The notes: generated by a model not told the origin, from the sequence alone. DNA of 64,000 nt from Nitrospirota bacterium (GCA_963751455.1 CAVVUN010000001.1:656669-720668); one strand, 5' to 3'; positions 10,301 to 20,464 are shown, numbered from the stretch's first letter. Program-made: numbers and translations.

Positions 10301-11049
10301 CCGGTAAACCCAACAGTCTCAGAATATCCGCCAGGTCCTGTTAAAATCATCTGCCCGCTCACACCCATCCGCACGCTGCTTACTGTGACGTTTACTGTAT
10401 CGCCGGGATTATACACCTGTTTGTCCGCAGTGATCGTCAGTACATCTCCGGCTTTATAGAGATAGATGGAATTCAAATGTATTGACCGGCCTCCAGCGTG
10501 ATAGACGCCGTAGAAAAGCTTCTCTCCGGTGATCTGATCGAGTGGAATGTCAAACGTGAGCGACTGATTGCCGTTTAAGGTCAAGGATTTTTGTTCTTCA
10601 TGACCTGAATAATTGACTCTTGCAAACAGATCGAAGCTGGTCAGCTGCTCTCCATTGTCCTCAATCCGGAGAGTTAATCTCGCCGTATCTCCGACTGAAT
10701 AGATCTGCTTATCCAGCGAAGCGGTAACGGCGATGTTGATTCCCTCGAGATGGTACTTCACTTGACCTTTTGCTACGCCTGCGTCCGCAGTGGAGAGAGC
10801 CGGGGTGAGGGTATACTGGGCAAAGTAATCATTTTCCTCCAAGTCTTCGGGTAAGAGAATCCCGAACGTCACCGTCGTCTCTTCTCCGGGCTTAAGCCAA
10901 ACCGGTTGAGTTGAGTCGATGAGGTCGTATGCATTGAAAGTAAAATCGAAGCTCCCTTCCTGATTGCCGGTGTTCCTGACCCTGAAGTCAAACGTTCCTT
11001 CCTCTCCTGCCCTAAAGGTCTGATATGGCGGCAGCTGAGTAATCTTCAA
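7378..11049 (-). CDS. C-terminal part of giant secreted protein 1 (Ig-like, CARDB, FG-GAP propeller)
   Basis: LPDLKIT...VTEFNENNN CARDB; repeated AGDIDGDxxxEII.G.G FG-GAP; no signal peptide; continues the upstream ORF across a frameshift near 11050. Confidence 0.85.
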   Translation of the reverse strand: MKITQLPPYQTFRAGEEGTFDFRVRNTGNQEGSFDFTFNAYDLIDSTQPVWLKPGEETTVTFGILLPEDLEENDYFAQYTLTPALSTADAGVAKGQVKYHLEGINIAVTASLDKQIYSVGDTARLTLRIEDNGEQLTSFDLFARVNYSGHEEQKSLTLNGNQSLTFDIPLDQITGEKLFYGVYHAGGRSIHLNSIYLYKAGDVLTITADKQVYNPGDTVNVTVSSVRMGVSGQMILTGPGGYSETVGFTGSASKHIPLPSTMTAGTYNINVQLKTQNSESITVSHPIDVSGIQVKIIEAKLDKGKYTKTDAITANLTLTSNIDLPVILKSWVVDPMEKYTPAGESAIILSPSEPLLTTVNSQLRTALSGIHRLVYGLYSGDLLLSSGSEAFDVGDAVLLGIGTDKTVYNLTSEPVVVKANMFGTADAALELLVDGALVRTETAPLDGFATVSYDLSDVSPGSHILKAVLTADGLTSTKETSFIYGSDLPDLKITSVGVTDIKPDSTIQITATIMNQGRTASGDAIVAFHDGETLIDTKSVRALNLGEYETVAVSWNILGKAGDHSITVKVNEGNTVTEFNENNNSGSMAVKIPELAILTETDKDTYKIRQKVYITSTIMNLTASTTYNGAAIMTTAKDSSGNAAYTNITNLGALPPSMRTTFSQVWNTAGLAVDGAYTIADTMIESSISSTKLIALNKAPDFTIILDETSARIKQGETASFIATLTPLNGWNNETSMNIDGLPAGATVTFNPDRLMLPGQSETLVIATDKTVTGTHTLYLTAQGTDEGEIVTHTVPLTLDVSGFGMEAAELSRTIKQLESSALPISISALNGYEGVVGLTVTGLPYGVRASLDSAQTSVPGQAALTVLTSKYVKPGTYALTVTGDDGLVRHDLNLNLVIQQNPDIAPGIIASAGPGPQNEALVRLYDGNAELIKEFKAFDTKYGANAISADIDGDGYDEIIVAQGPDPKNGATFRAFKRDGSLLAEYAAFDTKYGLTLASGDLDGDWVDELIVGAGPDPKNPGILKVLKYTSAGFTQIIAHTVNSQSSYGLNITAGDIDGDNIPEIITAPGPGPNNDASVTIWKYESSDLTPLTTFTAFEGTYGVNITSGDMDGDGKSEIIAGAGSDPKNSSAIRIYKADGTLVREFAAYESSLKYGVNVSSADLDGDGVDEVIAGAGPCPQNDPTVKIFKADGTEIRNLIAYPDSLKYGVKVSGGNTGIRLR

Positions 11050-14000
11050 GTGTTGCGCCTTGAATTACAAGCGATGAGTTTCGTGCCGTTAACTGGGTGC
11101 CGCTTTTGTTCAGGAGTGACATCTTTACCGTAAACGCACCCGGCATCATGGCTGCTGGATTAACGTTAAAAGACATAGTTAGTGAGGTGCCCGTTGTGAG
11201 TTGACTTATAGTTTGTTCAGCATTCCAAACAACATCGCCATTCTCATTTGTAATTTCGCATCTAGCGTTTCCTTCGATCGTGTTGTATCCGTTGTTCAAA
11301 AAATTGACGGAGACAGGGATCAACTCACCATTCTGCGACCCGACAGTTAATGCCATGTCAACCACATTCTCTTTGCGGACAGAGAAATTGACATTCGTTG
11401 TCGCTGTTGGAGATGAGCTTAGAGCCATGAGTTGATAATCGCCTTCGGTAAGATCGTAATACAGCATGTCGGAAATACTCGCGCCTAGCTGTAAATAGTA
11501 AGATTTTGAAGTTACATTCGGCATATCTCCATTTTTACGTAATTCGTAGCTGACGTCGAGCGACGCATCCAACTGTCCTGTATTTACAATCGTTACAGGG
11601 ACGATGATCTTGCCTTCAGGATATACTGTTTGAGAACTGACGGTCATCATCGAAGCAAGACCGTAGGCAACGGTCTTCGTCACTGTCTGGTTTAAATCGC
11701 CGCTGAAAGTAAACGTGTATTCTGTATTACTTGCTATCTGCTGCGAATATTGCAATTGCTTCGTTTCACCGGGCTGCAGCCGAATCTGCTGCACGTCTTC
11801 AAATCCAGCACTTTGAACGCCACATCCTACAGATGCCGCGATCTTTCCCTCGTTCTGGAGTTCAACGTTTATGTCAAACGGCTCGTTTCCCGTCACTTCA
11901 GGCATTGAAATGGCTGTTGAAATGTTGGGGCTAGCCACTTCAAACTGGTCAGCAATCTCCACAAGAGTGGAATTATTTTGCGTCACCCTGCCGGTCAGAA
12001 CGACCGTTCCATCCGTCACTGCTATTGTTGTTGCGGAGAATGGATAATTTCCTCCTGCTGCAACGCTGAACGTTTCGGCGTAGATCGTTTCTGTGGTTCC
12101 ATCTGGCCTCTGTTGGCCAAGCTCTGTCGTCTGATTCACCGCGTCGACACTCGCCAAATTCCGCACTTCTCCGGTTATGGTCACCGCCTCACCCGGTCTA
12201 TAAACTTTTTTATCCGTAGCGACCGACAGGATCGTATTTCCGGAGACAATGTAAAATGGATATTCCACATTGGCTAAGGTCTGACCAAGGCTGTTTTTGA
12301 GTTCCGCTTGGAGGTAAAGCTTTCCTGTAGTATTCACGGCCCCGATATCCGTTAAATAGTCCTGCGTCATATCGCCTTCTTGATTGATCGGTAAGCTTGC
12401 TGCAAAGAGCGTTTCAATTCCTCCTGGTTGTGAAAGAGCCATATTCTGGACACGATTGTTCCCGTTATCCACAGCGTAAATTGAACCATCGGATCCGGCA
12501 GCCAGACCTCCTGGATAAACAAATTGTCCATTGTCACTGCCGTATTCGCCCCATTTGGCTAAAAAAGTGCCATTACTGTCAAATTTCTGGATTCGATAGT
12601 TTCCAGTGTCTCCAACATAAACCGAGCCATCGGAATCTATGGCGACCCCTTCCGGCCAGGAAAATTGACCATCACAAGGCTGGTCGGCCACTCCATCACC
12701 ATCAGAATCAGTACTGCAATAATTACCCAATTTGCTGATGAAGTTGCCGTCGCTGTCAAATTTCTGAATACGGTTATTTCCATCCGATACATAGATGTAA
12801 CCTTCAGGACTGATCGCTAAACCCGAAGGATAATAAAAATTGCCATCACATTCCTTGTCGGGTATGCCATCCCAATTCGAGTCGGCAATACAACGGGTTC
12901 CCCATTTTGATATAAAATTTCCATTCCCATCAAATTTCTGAATTTGGTGATTAATGTAATCAGCAACATATAAAAACCCTCTCTGATCTGCTCCTATGCC
13001 GTATGGGCCAAGGAACCCCCCCTTGCATTCCCTGTCAGGTATGCCGTCCCAATTCGTGTCCACAATACAACGGGTCCCCCATTTTGATATAAAGTTTCCA
13101 TTCGCATCTAATTTCTGGATAAGATTATTATCATAATCGGTAACATACACGGACCCGTCTGTGCTTACAGCAATACCCATAGGCCATGAAAATTTTCCGT
13201 CACATTCTTTGTCAGAAATCCCATCCCAGTTACTGTCTGTACGGCAATAATTACCCGTTTGACTTACAAAATTGCCGCTGGCATCATATTTCTGAATACG
13301 ACTGTTATAACTGTCAGTCACGTAGAGGGAGCCATCTGGCGCTGCTGCTACCCCATATGGCGAATATAACAGACCTTCACATAGATGTTCAGGATTGCCG
13401 TCATAGTTGCTGTCCGTCTGGCAGTAGCTCTCCCATGTAGTAACTAAATTTCCATTATTGTCAAATTTAAGAATATTATCTATCCCCTCAACAGTAGCTT
13501 CAGCATATATTGATCCATCACGAGTAATAGCAATGCCATAAGGCGAACCATCCAAATCCCACGAAGTGACATAGTTTCCATTTTCATCAAATTTCAGGAT
13601 ACGTTTAGCACCGTAATCAGTTGAATATACAGAACCGTCAGGACCTACACCAAGCCCAAATATCCAAGAGAGCCCTCCGTAAGCAGTGTTATCGTCTCCC
13701 CAACTCATTATAAAATTCCCACTGCTGTCAAACTTCTGAATCCGATGATTACCTGCGTCCGCTACATACAAAGAACCATCAACTCCTACACATAAACCTT
13801 CAGGGGTCATAAACTGCCCATCAAGCCATCCCCAATCGCCGATTATCGCAATAAAATTCCCATTGCTGTCGAATTTTTGAACGCGATCATGGCCGGTATC
13901 CGACACATAAACAAAACCGTCAACGCTTACGGCTACACTCTTAGGAGTGTCGAATTGTCCGTTCAGCCATCCTGAAGTGCCCCAGGCAGCGATAAAATTT

Positions 14001-17000
14001 CCGAACGCGTCAAACTTCTGAATACGGTTGTTGCCGGTATCCGCTACATATACAGATCCATCTGGTCCCACAGCAATACCCATTGGGTAATTGAATTGCC
14101 CGTAATTTTCTCCACTGCGACCCCAAACAGAGACCAATTTTCCGGTTTTATCAAGCCTTAAGATGCGGTCGTAAGCGGAATCAGTTACGTAAAGAGAACC
14201 ATCAGAACCAGCGGCTATACCATATGAACCGAAAGGAGGAAACCAGTTTTCATTGGGTAGAAAATGAACAAATCCTCTCGACGATTCCCCGCTTTTTTGC
14301 ATTCTCTTCACGGCGAGTTCTAAACTGCCGCCGTTTATGCCGAATTTCCCATTAGCAATATTCGACAATGCAGTCAGTGATTCATTTTTTAAATAGACAC
14401 CTTTATTCGTACTCGACTGTAATTGAGCCGTCGGCCCTTCGATGTCAAGTTGCCTATAATAAGTGGAATGATTTCCTGTTCTCACATCCTTCACTTGAAC
14501 GTCCAACTGAGCAGGTCCGTTTAAAGTCTGTGCTGGCATTTGAACATCGAGCATCTGAGCTGATCCAGCCAGGATCTCACCGCTGGCATTGCCGGAAAAA
14601 ACAACTATTCCTTTATTGTCATAGACAGCAATTTTTTCCGCTAGATACGTTGTATCCACTCCACCTGTATTTTTTATGCTTAGGTTAATGGAATCACCGG
14701 CGATGATTGAATCGGAACCAGTGTAGTCTATACCTAACAGCGATTCGGGTACTGTGAACACGACATTTTTTGCGATCTCACTTCCGGTCGGAAGTGTCAA
14801 AGCTATAGCGACTGCATGCTGGCCCGGTAAGATAGAAGCAGGGATAGGAATGGCTAGTTTGACTGTTGAAGTTTGGGCAGTGGCGACAGTTTCTATCTCA
14901 CTATGGCTATAGTTTATATCTGGGGCTGCTACTGACACTGAAAGATTGTCAAGATTAAACTTCCCTCCATTGATAATGGCAATGGTGAGATACGATGTTT
15001 CTCTTACACTATAAGATGACTTGTCAAAAGAAGCCATAACTGTAGGAGTATTTGGGATAATAATTCCACCGCTTTGTGTTTTTCCTTGATTGTTCAAAGA
15101 ATAGATTAGGCTATAATCCCCGAAGCGAGGGTTTTCGATTGGTATCGAAACATTAATTGTCGCCGTTTGGCCTGCCTGTAGAGACTGAAGCTGCTCATGG
15201 CTATCCCATATCACGGCCCCATCTGGATCTTTGAGAGATAGTGAAAGGGTAGCACAAGAAACTGGTAAAAGACCATTGTTTTTGATAGCAAAAGTTATAT
15301 AGCTATTCGATCCAAACACGGGAGGGGTAATTGGCGTAACAGAAAGTAGTGTTTTGATCAACTCAAAGCTTGATCTCGTGTAGCCAATTTTTCTTGTCCC
15401 TAAATATGCATCTACTGAAACAGAGTAGAAACCATATTTCGCGGCAGAAGGGAGATAAAAATTTAAGGTCCGCGTGGTTATCTCGTCAGCAAGAAGGTTT
15501 ATATCAAGAGTTGAGCTGAAAATCTCGTCATTGTAAGGATCTGTCACACGCACCTGAAGCGCGGATGGATAACCGATATCCAATTTATTTTGAATGTTCA
15601 GTTCAATCTTTACTTCCTCTCCTGCCTCATAACGGATATCGTTGGTCATCGAAGATACATAAATTGAAGGATTTATCATCCATATTCCTCTTTCGGCATA
15701 TCCAATTTGCATCCCGCGTTCATCTAATAATTTCGCTCTCAATCTGTCTGTACCACGAACATTGTCTAAAATGTAATCAAAGCTGAGATGACTGTTTGCC
15801 GGAATCGTAATGGCCTTATTAAAATAACTATCCCATCCGAAAGAATGATGTGCTAAACCCCAGGTTACGGTAAGGTTTCGTTCGGTACCGCTATTATTCC
15901 AAATATGAAAAGTAAACGACGCACTTGAACCTGCGAAATAATTCTCAGAAGCGCTCTGAACCGATAAATTTAAATCCGGGCTCTTAAACGGATTGCTTAG
16001 CGGATTGTTTACGACAAATCTCCCTGAATCGGTCTCTGCCAGAGACTGAATGATATTGCCATGATTATCTAATAGTGTATAATCAATCTGCCAAATACCC
16101 ACTGGACTTGCGGATGAGCTTGCGAACATGAATGGCACTGAAATCAGTTGCCCTGCGGGAACAAGCTGTGATATGTCCTGTGTCAGCTGAACGTTTTTTG
16201 CTGGATCGAGCACCTTCAATTGAACATAGGAGGCATCTGTAGTGGTAGTGTTCGAAACAACGAGCAATAGCGAAGCTGTTTCACCGGGTTTTATATCCGG
16301 CAGCAGTACGGCTGATTTCGCCCAGGTTATCATGTCCCTTACCAGAGACCGTTCTTCAGCACTGGCCTGTCCGTGCCCAAAAGCCCAATCCGAATACATA
16401 CTGGTTACTATTACTCTACCCTGACCGTGTTCATACATGATCAGTGCAGGCTGCCCATTGGCCGTCCTACGCAAAATTACGGTCGCGGTTGAAGGGAAAC
16501 TCGTAAAGTATCCATCCACATTGATGGTTGGTATGGGCCAACTTTGACCTGACAAAATCTGATGCCAGGTATCAAAGTAAACCGCATTAGTAAAACACGA
16601 TTGATCTTCAGTCCATCCATACCCTGAAATTGGTTTGCCATCGGGCGTAGGCAACACCTCGAATTCATATCCATGCTGTTGTGCAAAAACTATTAACGTG
16701 CCTCCGACTTTCACATACTCATCCAACTGGGTTTTGAGGACAGATGAACCGTTGAGACCGTACAGGCCCGCCGAAGGGACAATCAATACCGGATGGTTTT
16801 GCACGATATCCGGTGAAAATGATGTCTCTACAAGCGTGTATGGTTCACCCATCTTATATAACATCATTTGCAAAGACCCGCTGAACCCGTTTGCAAGGAT
16901 CGCCAGATCGGGAATCGTCTTGAATTCAGACTTCTCCGCTTTATTCAGACCGTCTAATTCTCTGATGACTTGCAGCTTTCGTGCATTCATTTCCTTGAGC

Positions 17001-18595
17001 GTCGGGTCGGTTATCTCTAACACCTGCTTGAGGTCACGGGTTATCGCCTCTTCGCCGTCCAATACAGGTTGATTGCGATAGTATTCTTCCTCACTGCGTT
17101 CCAAATTCTCCAGCTCTTTTTTCAGGAGATAGCTTTTGACTGTTGCAGTCTTGTTTTTCTTCACTGCCAGGCGCACCAGTTTATCTGCGGTAGCCGGTTG
17201 TGCATCTATTATTGAAGTCGAAGCTACATCATAATTATCGTCGGGATGATCATTGCCCGGACAGTCCGGCGGAGGAGCCCCTTCCGCCAGGGGTTTGATC
17301 ACCAAAAAACTCGGTATCAGGGTTCCCTTATCCTGGGAATCGGTTACAAACAGATCCACGTGAAAACTTTTTTGCGTATTCGTAACATTGCACGGGTCGG
17401 ATGCAGGAACTGCCACATTGAATGAGAAATCGTAATTCGGCATAGCGGCAGGATTTATATCGTATGGTGAACCAACAGGGAGAACCTCGGGATCGCTATC
17501 AAGAGTGCTAGCACCCACGCTTTGGTTCACAAAATTGGACACAAGAGATACACTTTTCCATTCAGGAAGATAATGATACCTGCCTATTGCTTTCGACACT
17601 CCTGTTCCATATATCGGTTGCAAAGTGTATACCTTTTGACCAATTCCGGTATTGTCATAGTTCAGCATATAGGATATGGATTTTATCAACAGATCGTTAT
17701 CGTCAAATACTCCTCCCAGTTCTATTGTGGCAGGACCCTGTGTATAAATTACATTCGTCAGATTCGCGTTCATATTTGAATAAATTGCCTCACCGTTGTT
17801 GTCCATGACTTTTACATAAGAAAGCTGCGAAATGGGCGCGCCTGCATCTGGTAGGTATCGCAACGGGTCTTGCAATGTGCCCGCCGCATCTCTTACTTCG
17901 AAGTGGAGATGAGGTCCGCCCAGATTGGCTGAATAGGCGTCGACGCCATAGTTGCTTCCATTCCATGTTACCGTTGCATTGCCTGATGCGCCGCTTCTAG
18001 CCAATCTAGTTCCAGGCGCAACGATTATTAAAGTGGAATCCTGTGTAAACTGAGTGAGATGCGCATATAATGTGCTAAATCCTGAATATTGAGCCGAATT
18101 GTGAGTCACCCTTGCATACAGACCATAGCCTGTATTTATGCGGTATGGGCCCTCTCCGACTTGAAGATTGTTATATTGAAATGTCACTGTGCCAGCATCG
18201 ACTGCATAAACGTCGGTTCCTATAGGCGATGCAATATCCAGACCGCTATGGCTTCCACCTGCCCTGGATCCAAATAGCCCATGAGTGCTTATGGTCCAGC
18301 CGTTCTGTTTATACCAATAAGACTGGTGGCAGGCGGCATTACTGCACTCTCTATAGCCCCGAACCTTATCGACCGCAAAAGTTTCTGAAACGGGTGCCGG
18401 GTCCGGCGTCGCCAGTGAATCCGTTTGATGGTAGGTATAAGCATATCCACTCTCATTTCTGAGCGGGTTATTCAGCTTGATCGTGTCGGGCAAAGGATTG
18501 CTGGGAAAAGCAGCATACGCAACAGAGATAAACGCGTCCAAAATCACGAAAGCTGATAAAACTACTGAGCTATAAAGGCGTTTTGTCCTATTCAT
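11012..18595 (-). CDS. N-terminal part of giant secreted protein 1 (signal peptide, M23 peptidase, GATase-like domain, Ig-like domains, NHL repeats)
   Basis: M23 zinc ligands HSGLD, YAH and PHLHFE are intact; more than 10 NHL repeats (P.GIAV..DGSVYVADTGN.RIQKFD); GGAGG RBS before ATG 18595. Confidence 0.88.
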   Translation of the reverse strand: MNRTKRLYSSVVLSAFVILDAFISVAYAAFPSNPLPDTIKLNNPLRNESGYAYTYHQTDSLATPDPAPVSETFAVDKVRGYRECSNAACHQSYWYKQNGWTISTHGLFGSRAGGSHSGLDIASPIGTDVYAVDAGTVTFQYNNLQVGEGPYRINTGYGLYARVTHNSAQYSGFSTLYAHLTQFTQDSTLIIVAPGTRLARSGASGNATVTWNGSNYGVDAYSANLGGPHLHFEVRDAAGTLQDPLRYLPDAGAPISQLSYVKVMDNNGEAIYSNMNANLTNVIYTQGPATIELGGVFDDNDLLIKSISYMLNYDNTGIGQKVYTLQPIYGTGVSKAIGRYHYLPEWKSVSLVSNFVNQSVGASTLDSDPEVLPVGSPYDINPAAMPNYDFSFNVAVPASDPCNVTNTQKSFHVDLFVTDSQDKGTLIPSFLVIKPLAEGAPPPDCPGNDHPDDNYDVASTSIIDAQPATADKLVRLAVKKNKTATVKSYLLKKELENLERSEEEYYRNQPVLDGEEAITRDLKQVLEITDPTLKEMNARKLQVIRELDGLNKAEKSEFKTIPDLAILANGFSGSLQMMLYKMGEPYTLVETSFSPDIVQNHPVLIVPSAGLYGLNGSSVLKTQLDEYVKVGGTLIVFAQQHGYEFEVLPTPDGKPISGYGWTEDQSCFTNAVYFDTWHQILSGQSWPIPTINVDGYFTSFPSTATVILRRTANGQPALIMYEHGQGRVIVTSMYSDWAFGHGQASAEERSLVRDMITWAKSAVLLPDIKPGETASLLLVVSNTTTTDASYVQLKVLDPAKNVQLTQDISQLVPAGQLISVPFMFASSSASPVGIWQIDYTLLDNHGNIIQSLAETDSGRFVVNNPLSNPFKSPDLNLSVQSASENYFAGSSASFTFHIWNNSGTERNLTVTWGLAHHSFGWDSYFNKAITIPANSHLSFDYILDNVRGTDRLRAKLLDERGMQIGYAERGIWMINPSIYVSSMTNDIRYEAGEEVKIELNIQNKLDIGYPSALQVRVTDPYNDEIFSSTLDINLLADEITTRTLNFYLPSAAKYGFYSVSVDAYLGTRKIGYTRSSFELIKTLLSVTPITPPVFGSNSYITFAIKNNGLLPVSCATLSLSLKDPDGAVIWDSHEQLQSLQAGQTATINVSIPIENPRFGDYSLIYSLNNQGKTQSGGIIIPNTPTVMASFDKSSYSVRETSYLTIAIINGGKFNLDNLSVSVAAPDINYSHSEIETVATAQTSTVKLAIPIPASILPGQHAVAIALTLPTGSEIAKNVVFTVPESLLGIDYTGSDSIIAGDSINLSIKNTGGVDTTYLAEKIAVYDNKGIVVFSGNASGEILAGSAQMLDVQMPAQTLNGPAQLDVQVKDVRTGNHSTYYRQLDIEGPTAQLQSSTNKGVYLKNESLTALSNIANGKFGINGGSLELAVKRMQKSGESSRGFVHFLPNENWFPPFGSYGIAAGSDGSLYVTDSAYDRILRLDKTGKLVSVWGRSGENYGQFNYPMGIAVGPDGSVYVADTGNNRIQKFDAFGNFIAAWGTSGWLNGQFDTPKSVAVSVDGFVYVSDTGHDRVQKFDSNGNFIAIIGDWGWLDGQFMTPEGLCVGVDGSLYVADAGNHRIQKFDSSGNFIMSWGDDNTAYGGLSWIFGLGVGPDGSVYSTDYGAKRILKFDENGNYVTSWDLDGSPYGIAITRDGSIYAEATVEGIDNILKFDNNGNLVTTWESYCQTDSNYDGNPEHLCEGLLYSPYGVAAAPDGSLYVTDSYNSRIQKYDASGNFVSQTGNYCRTDSNWDGISDKECDGKFSWPMGIAVSTDGSVYVTDYDNNLIQKLDANGNFISKWGTRCIVDTNWDGIPDRECKGGFLGPYGIGADQRGFLYVADYINHQIQKFDGNGNFISKWGTRCIADSNWDGIPDKECDGNFYYPSGLAISPEGYIYVSDGNNRIQKFDSDGNFISKLGNYCSTDSDGDGVADQPCDGQFSWPEGVAIDSDGSVYVGDTGNYRIQKFDSNGTFLAKWGEYGSDNGQFVYPGGLAAGSDGSIYAVDNGNNRVQNMALSQPGGIETLFAASLPINQEGDMTQDYLTDIGAVNTTGKLYLQAELKNSLGQTLANVEYPFYIVSGNTILSVATDKKVYRPGEAVTITGEVRNLASVDAVNQTTELGQQRPDGTTETIYAETFSVAAGGNYPFSATTIAVTDGTVVLTGRVTQNNSTLVEIADQFEVASPNISTAISMPEVTGNEPFDINVELQNEGKIAASVGCGVQSAGFEDVQQIRLQPGETKQLQYSQQIASNTEYTFTFSGDLNQTVTKTVAYGLASMMTVSSQTVYPEGKIIVPVTIVNTGQLDASLDVSYELRKNGDMPNVTSKSYYLQLGASISDMLYYDLTEGDYQLMALSSSPTATTNVNFSVRKENVVDMALTVGSQNGELIPVSVNFLNNGYNTIEGNARCEITNENGDVVWNAEQTISQLTTGTSLTMSFNVNPAAMMPGAFTVKMSLLNKSGTQLTARNSSLVIQGATLEDYSAAAISDL

Positions 18596-18610
18596 ATTAT
18601 AACCCTCCAC

Positions 18611-19909
18611 TTAGAAAGCAATTAAGTTATAATTCTTACCGTTCGCGGACAGATATCGTGCATTCTTGGAAAGCGAAAATCCTAAGCTCTTTAAACGAAA
18701 TGCATAAAGCTCGTTATTTTTTACTATCAAAAGAACGTTAGCATAGGGATTCGTTTTATCGTGAACAAATTCAATTCCGTTTAAAGCCCACAAATAAATA
18801 ACTGATCCATCGTCATTCATCGCTATTTTTTCTACTATCAACCCCACAGTCGAAGGATCCCCAAAATTCAGTGGAACCATAATGTTTGTCTTTATACCGC
18901 CATCATTGGCATCAAAGAGATAAAGTTCCATGTACTTTTTGCGAATGGGAGGTTCTGTTTTTCTTTCGGCAATATATTTCAAGGCAAAAATGCGATACTC
19001 GTCATTCGTAATGATTGCGTCATAAAGGTTATCGAGCAAATTTGGGAATAAATTTTCATTGCTCCATACCTTGTCTCCATTTCCGGCTTCAAAAACAGCA
19101 AGTGTCCGTTGTGATTTTACGAGAATCCGTTGTCCATCTTTAAACATCTTTCCCCATGTTTCCGAACTGGTCTCTGATTTGCTTTTCATATACTCTCTAA
19201 TAAATCCACTTTGACATGAAAACAGCTTAACGCCTACCTTTGATGGGAATTTCAGAATCTTCTTCTCAAAATAGTAAGAATGATCCACCGCAAGGCGGGA
19301 CAGGATGAATACATCGGACTCGTTGGCAAAGTGGATTTCGGCTGCAGGATTCGTCAACCCAGGCTCATCATATTTCCAGTGCACTTCGCTCGTCCCGGGA
19401 TCTATGCTTCTGATCCAATCGTGTCTCTGTTTCTTATCATCAAAATAACCTCCAAATTCGACGACACATTTGCCATTTAGACTTTGAATCGCATAGAGAT
19501 GATTATAGTGGCCCTCGTCGCCGAATGCGTCTCTCTCAAGCCACTTTTTTATCTGCTTTCTCTCTTCCGTTTCAGGAAGCTTTACTTCGGGCTTTTTCTC
19601 TTCCTTCGGGAACTCCACTCCGTCAGGAAGTTTATCAACCACTGGAAATACATCATCCAGCGTGGGCAAATCTTTCAGACTGCCCCATGTAACGACCGGC
19701 AACCCTTCTTCACTCACCACTTCCTTGCCGCGAGCACGTTCGAGAGCCGATAGTTGTTGTTTCGCCTTTGCGCCTGCTTGTTGCTCAGACTGTTGAGTGG
19801 CACTATTCTGTGGTTGGACTGGAGTGCCACCCTCTTTTGTTTTCTTACAAGCGAAGGAGAGAAAGCAGATAACAGATAGCGCGATACTAACGAATATGAT
19901 TTTCTTCAT
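18611..19909 (-). CDS. Lipoprotein with probable beta-propeller C-terminus, paralog B
   Basis: Lipobox LSFAC; PQQ/WD-like motifs (GDKVWSN, LSKNARYL); abuts the giant M23 gene. Confidence 0.8.
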   Translation of the reverse strand: MKKIIFVSIALSVICFLSFACKKTKEGGTPVQPQNSATQQSEQQAGAKAKQQLSALERARGKEVVSEEGLPVVTWGSLKDLPTLDDVFPVVDKLPDGVEFPKEEKKPEVKLPETEERKQIKKWLERDAFGDEGHYNHLYAIQSLNGKCVVEFGGYFDDKKQRHDWIRSIDPGTSEVHWKYDEPGLTNPAAEIHFANESDVFILSRLAVDHSYYFEKKILKFPSKVGVKLFSCQSGFIREYMKSKSETSSETWGKMFKDGQRILVKSQRTLAVFEAGNGDKVWSNENLFPNLLDNLYDAIITNDEYRIFALKYIAERKTEPPIRKKYMELYLFDANDGGIKTNIMVPLNFGDPSTVGLIVEKIAMNDDGSVIYLWALNGIEFVHDKTNPYANVLLIVKNNELYAFRLKSLGFSLSKNARYLSANGKNYNLIAF

Positions 19910-19924
19910 TTTTTCTTTCCTCCA

Positions 19925-20464
19925 TCGTCATATGAGCATATAGTGTGCTTACTCCGGAATATTAAACAGAATTGTGAGTCACCCGTACGTATAGACCGTA
20001 GCCCGTATTGATACGGTATGGTCCTCTCCGACTTGTAGATTGTTATATTGAAATGTCACAGTGCCAGCATCGACTGCATAAACGTCGGTTCCTATAGGCG
20101 CTGCAATATCCAGACCGCTATGGCTTCCACCTGCCCTGGATCCAAATAGCCCATGAGTGCTTATGGTCCAGCCGTTCTGTTTATACCAATAAGACTGGTG
20201 GCAGGCGGCGTTACTACATTCTCGGAACCCTTTGACTTTATCGACAATGAAATTTTCAGAAGCCGGCGACGGATTCGGCATAGTAAGAGAATTTGTTGGA
20301 ACGTATGAATACGTATAGCCAGCTTCATTCCTGAGTGGATTGTTCATTTTAACCGTATCAGGTAGCGGGTTATTGGGGAAAACGGCAAAGGCGGGATAAA
20401 CGCAAACAAATAACAGAGAAATAAAAAGAATACCCGGCAGAAAAATTGTATTCATGCTTTTCAT
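19925..20464 (-). pseudogene. Truncated duplicate of the M23 N-terminus of giant protein 1
   Basis: Signal peptide + HSGLD; frameshift near 20022, internal TAA, homology ends at LYAHM just before the RBS of lipoprotein B. Confidence 0.88.

Noticed and set aside
11040-11060. Programmed ribosomal frameshift joining the giant ORFs
   Set aside because: No X XXY YYZ heptamer or CTT-TGA site; mutation or assembly error is more likely.
18165-20212. Near-identical repeat pair as a possible DGR template/variable repeat
   Set aside because: No reverse transcriptase in the window; the few differences are not adenine-restricted; better explained by duplication or recombination.
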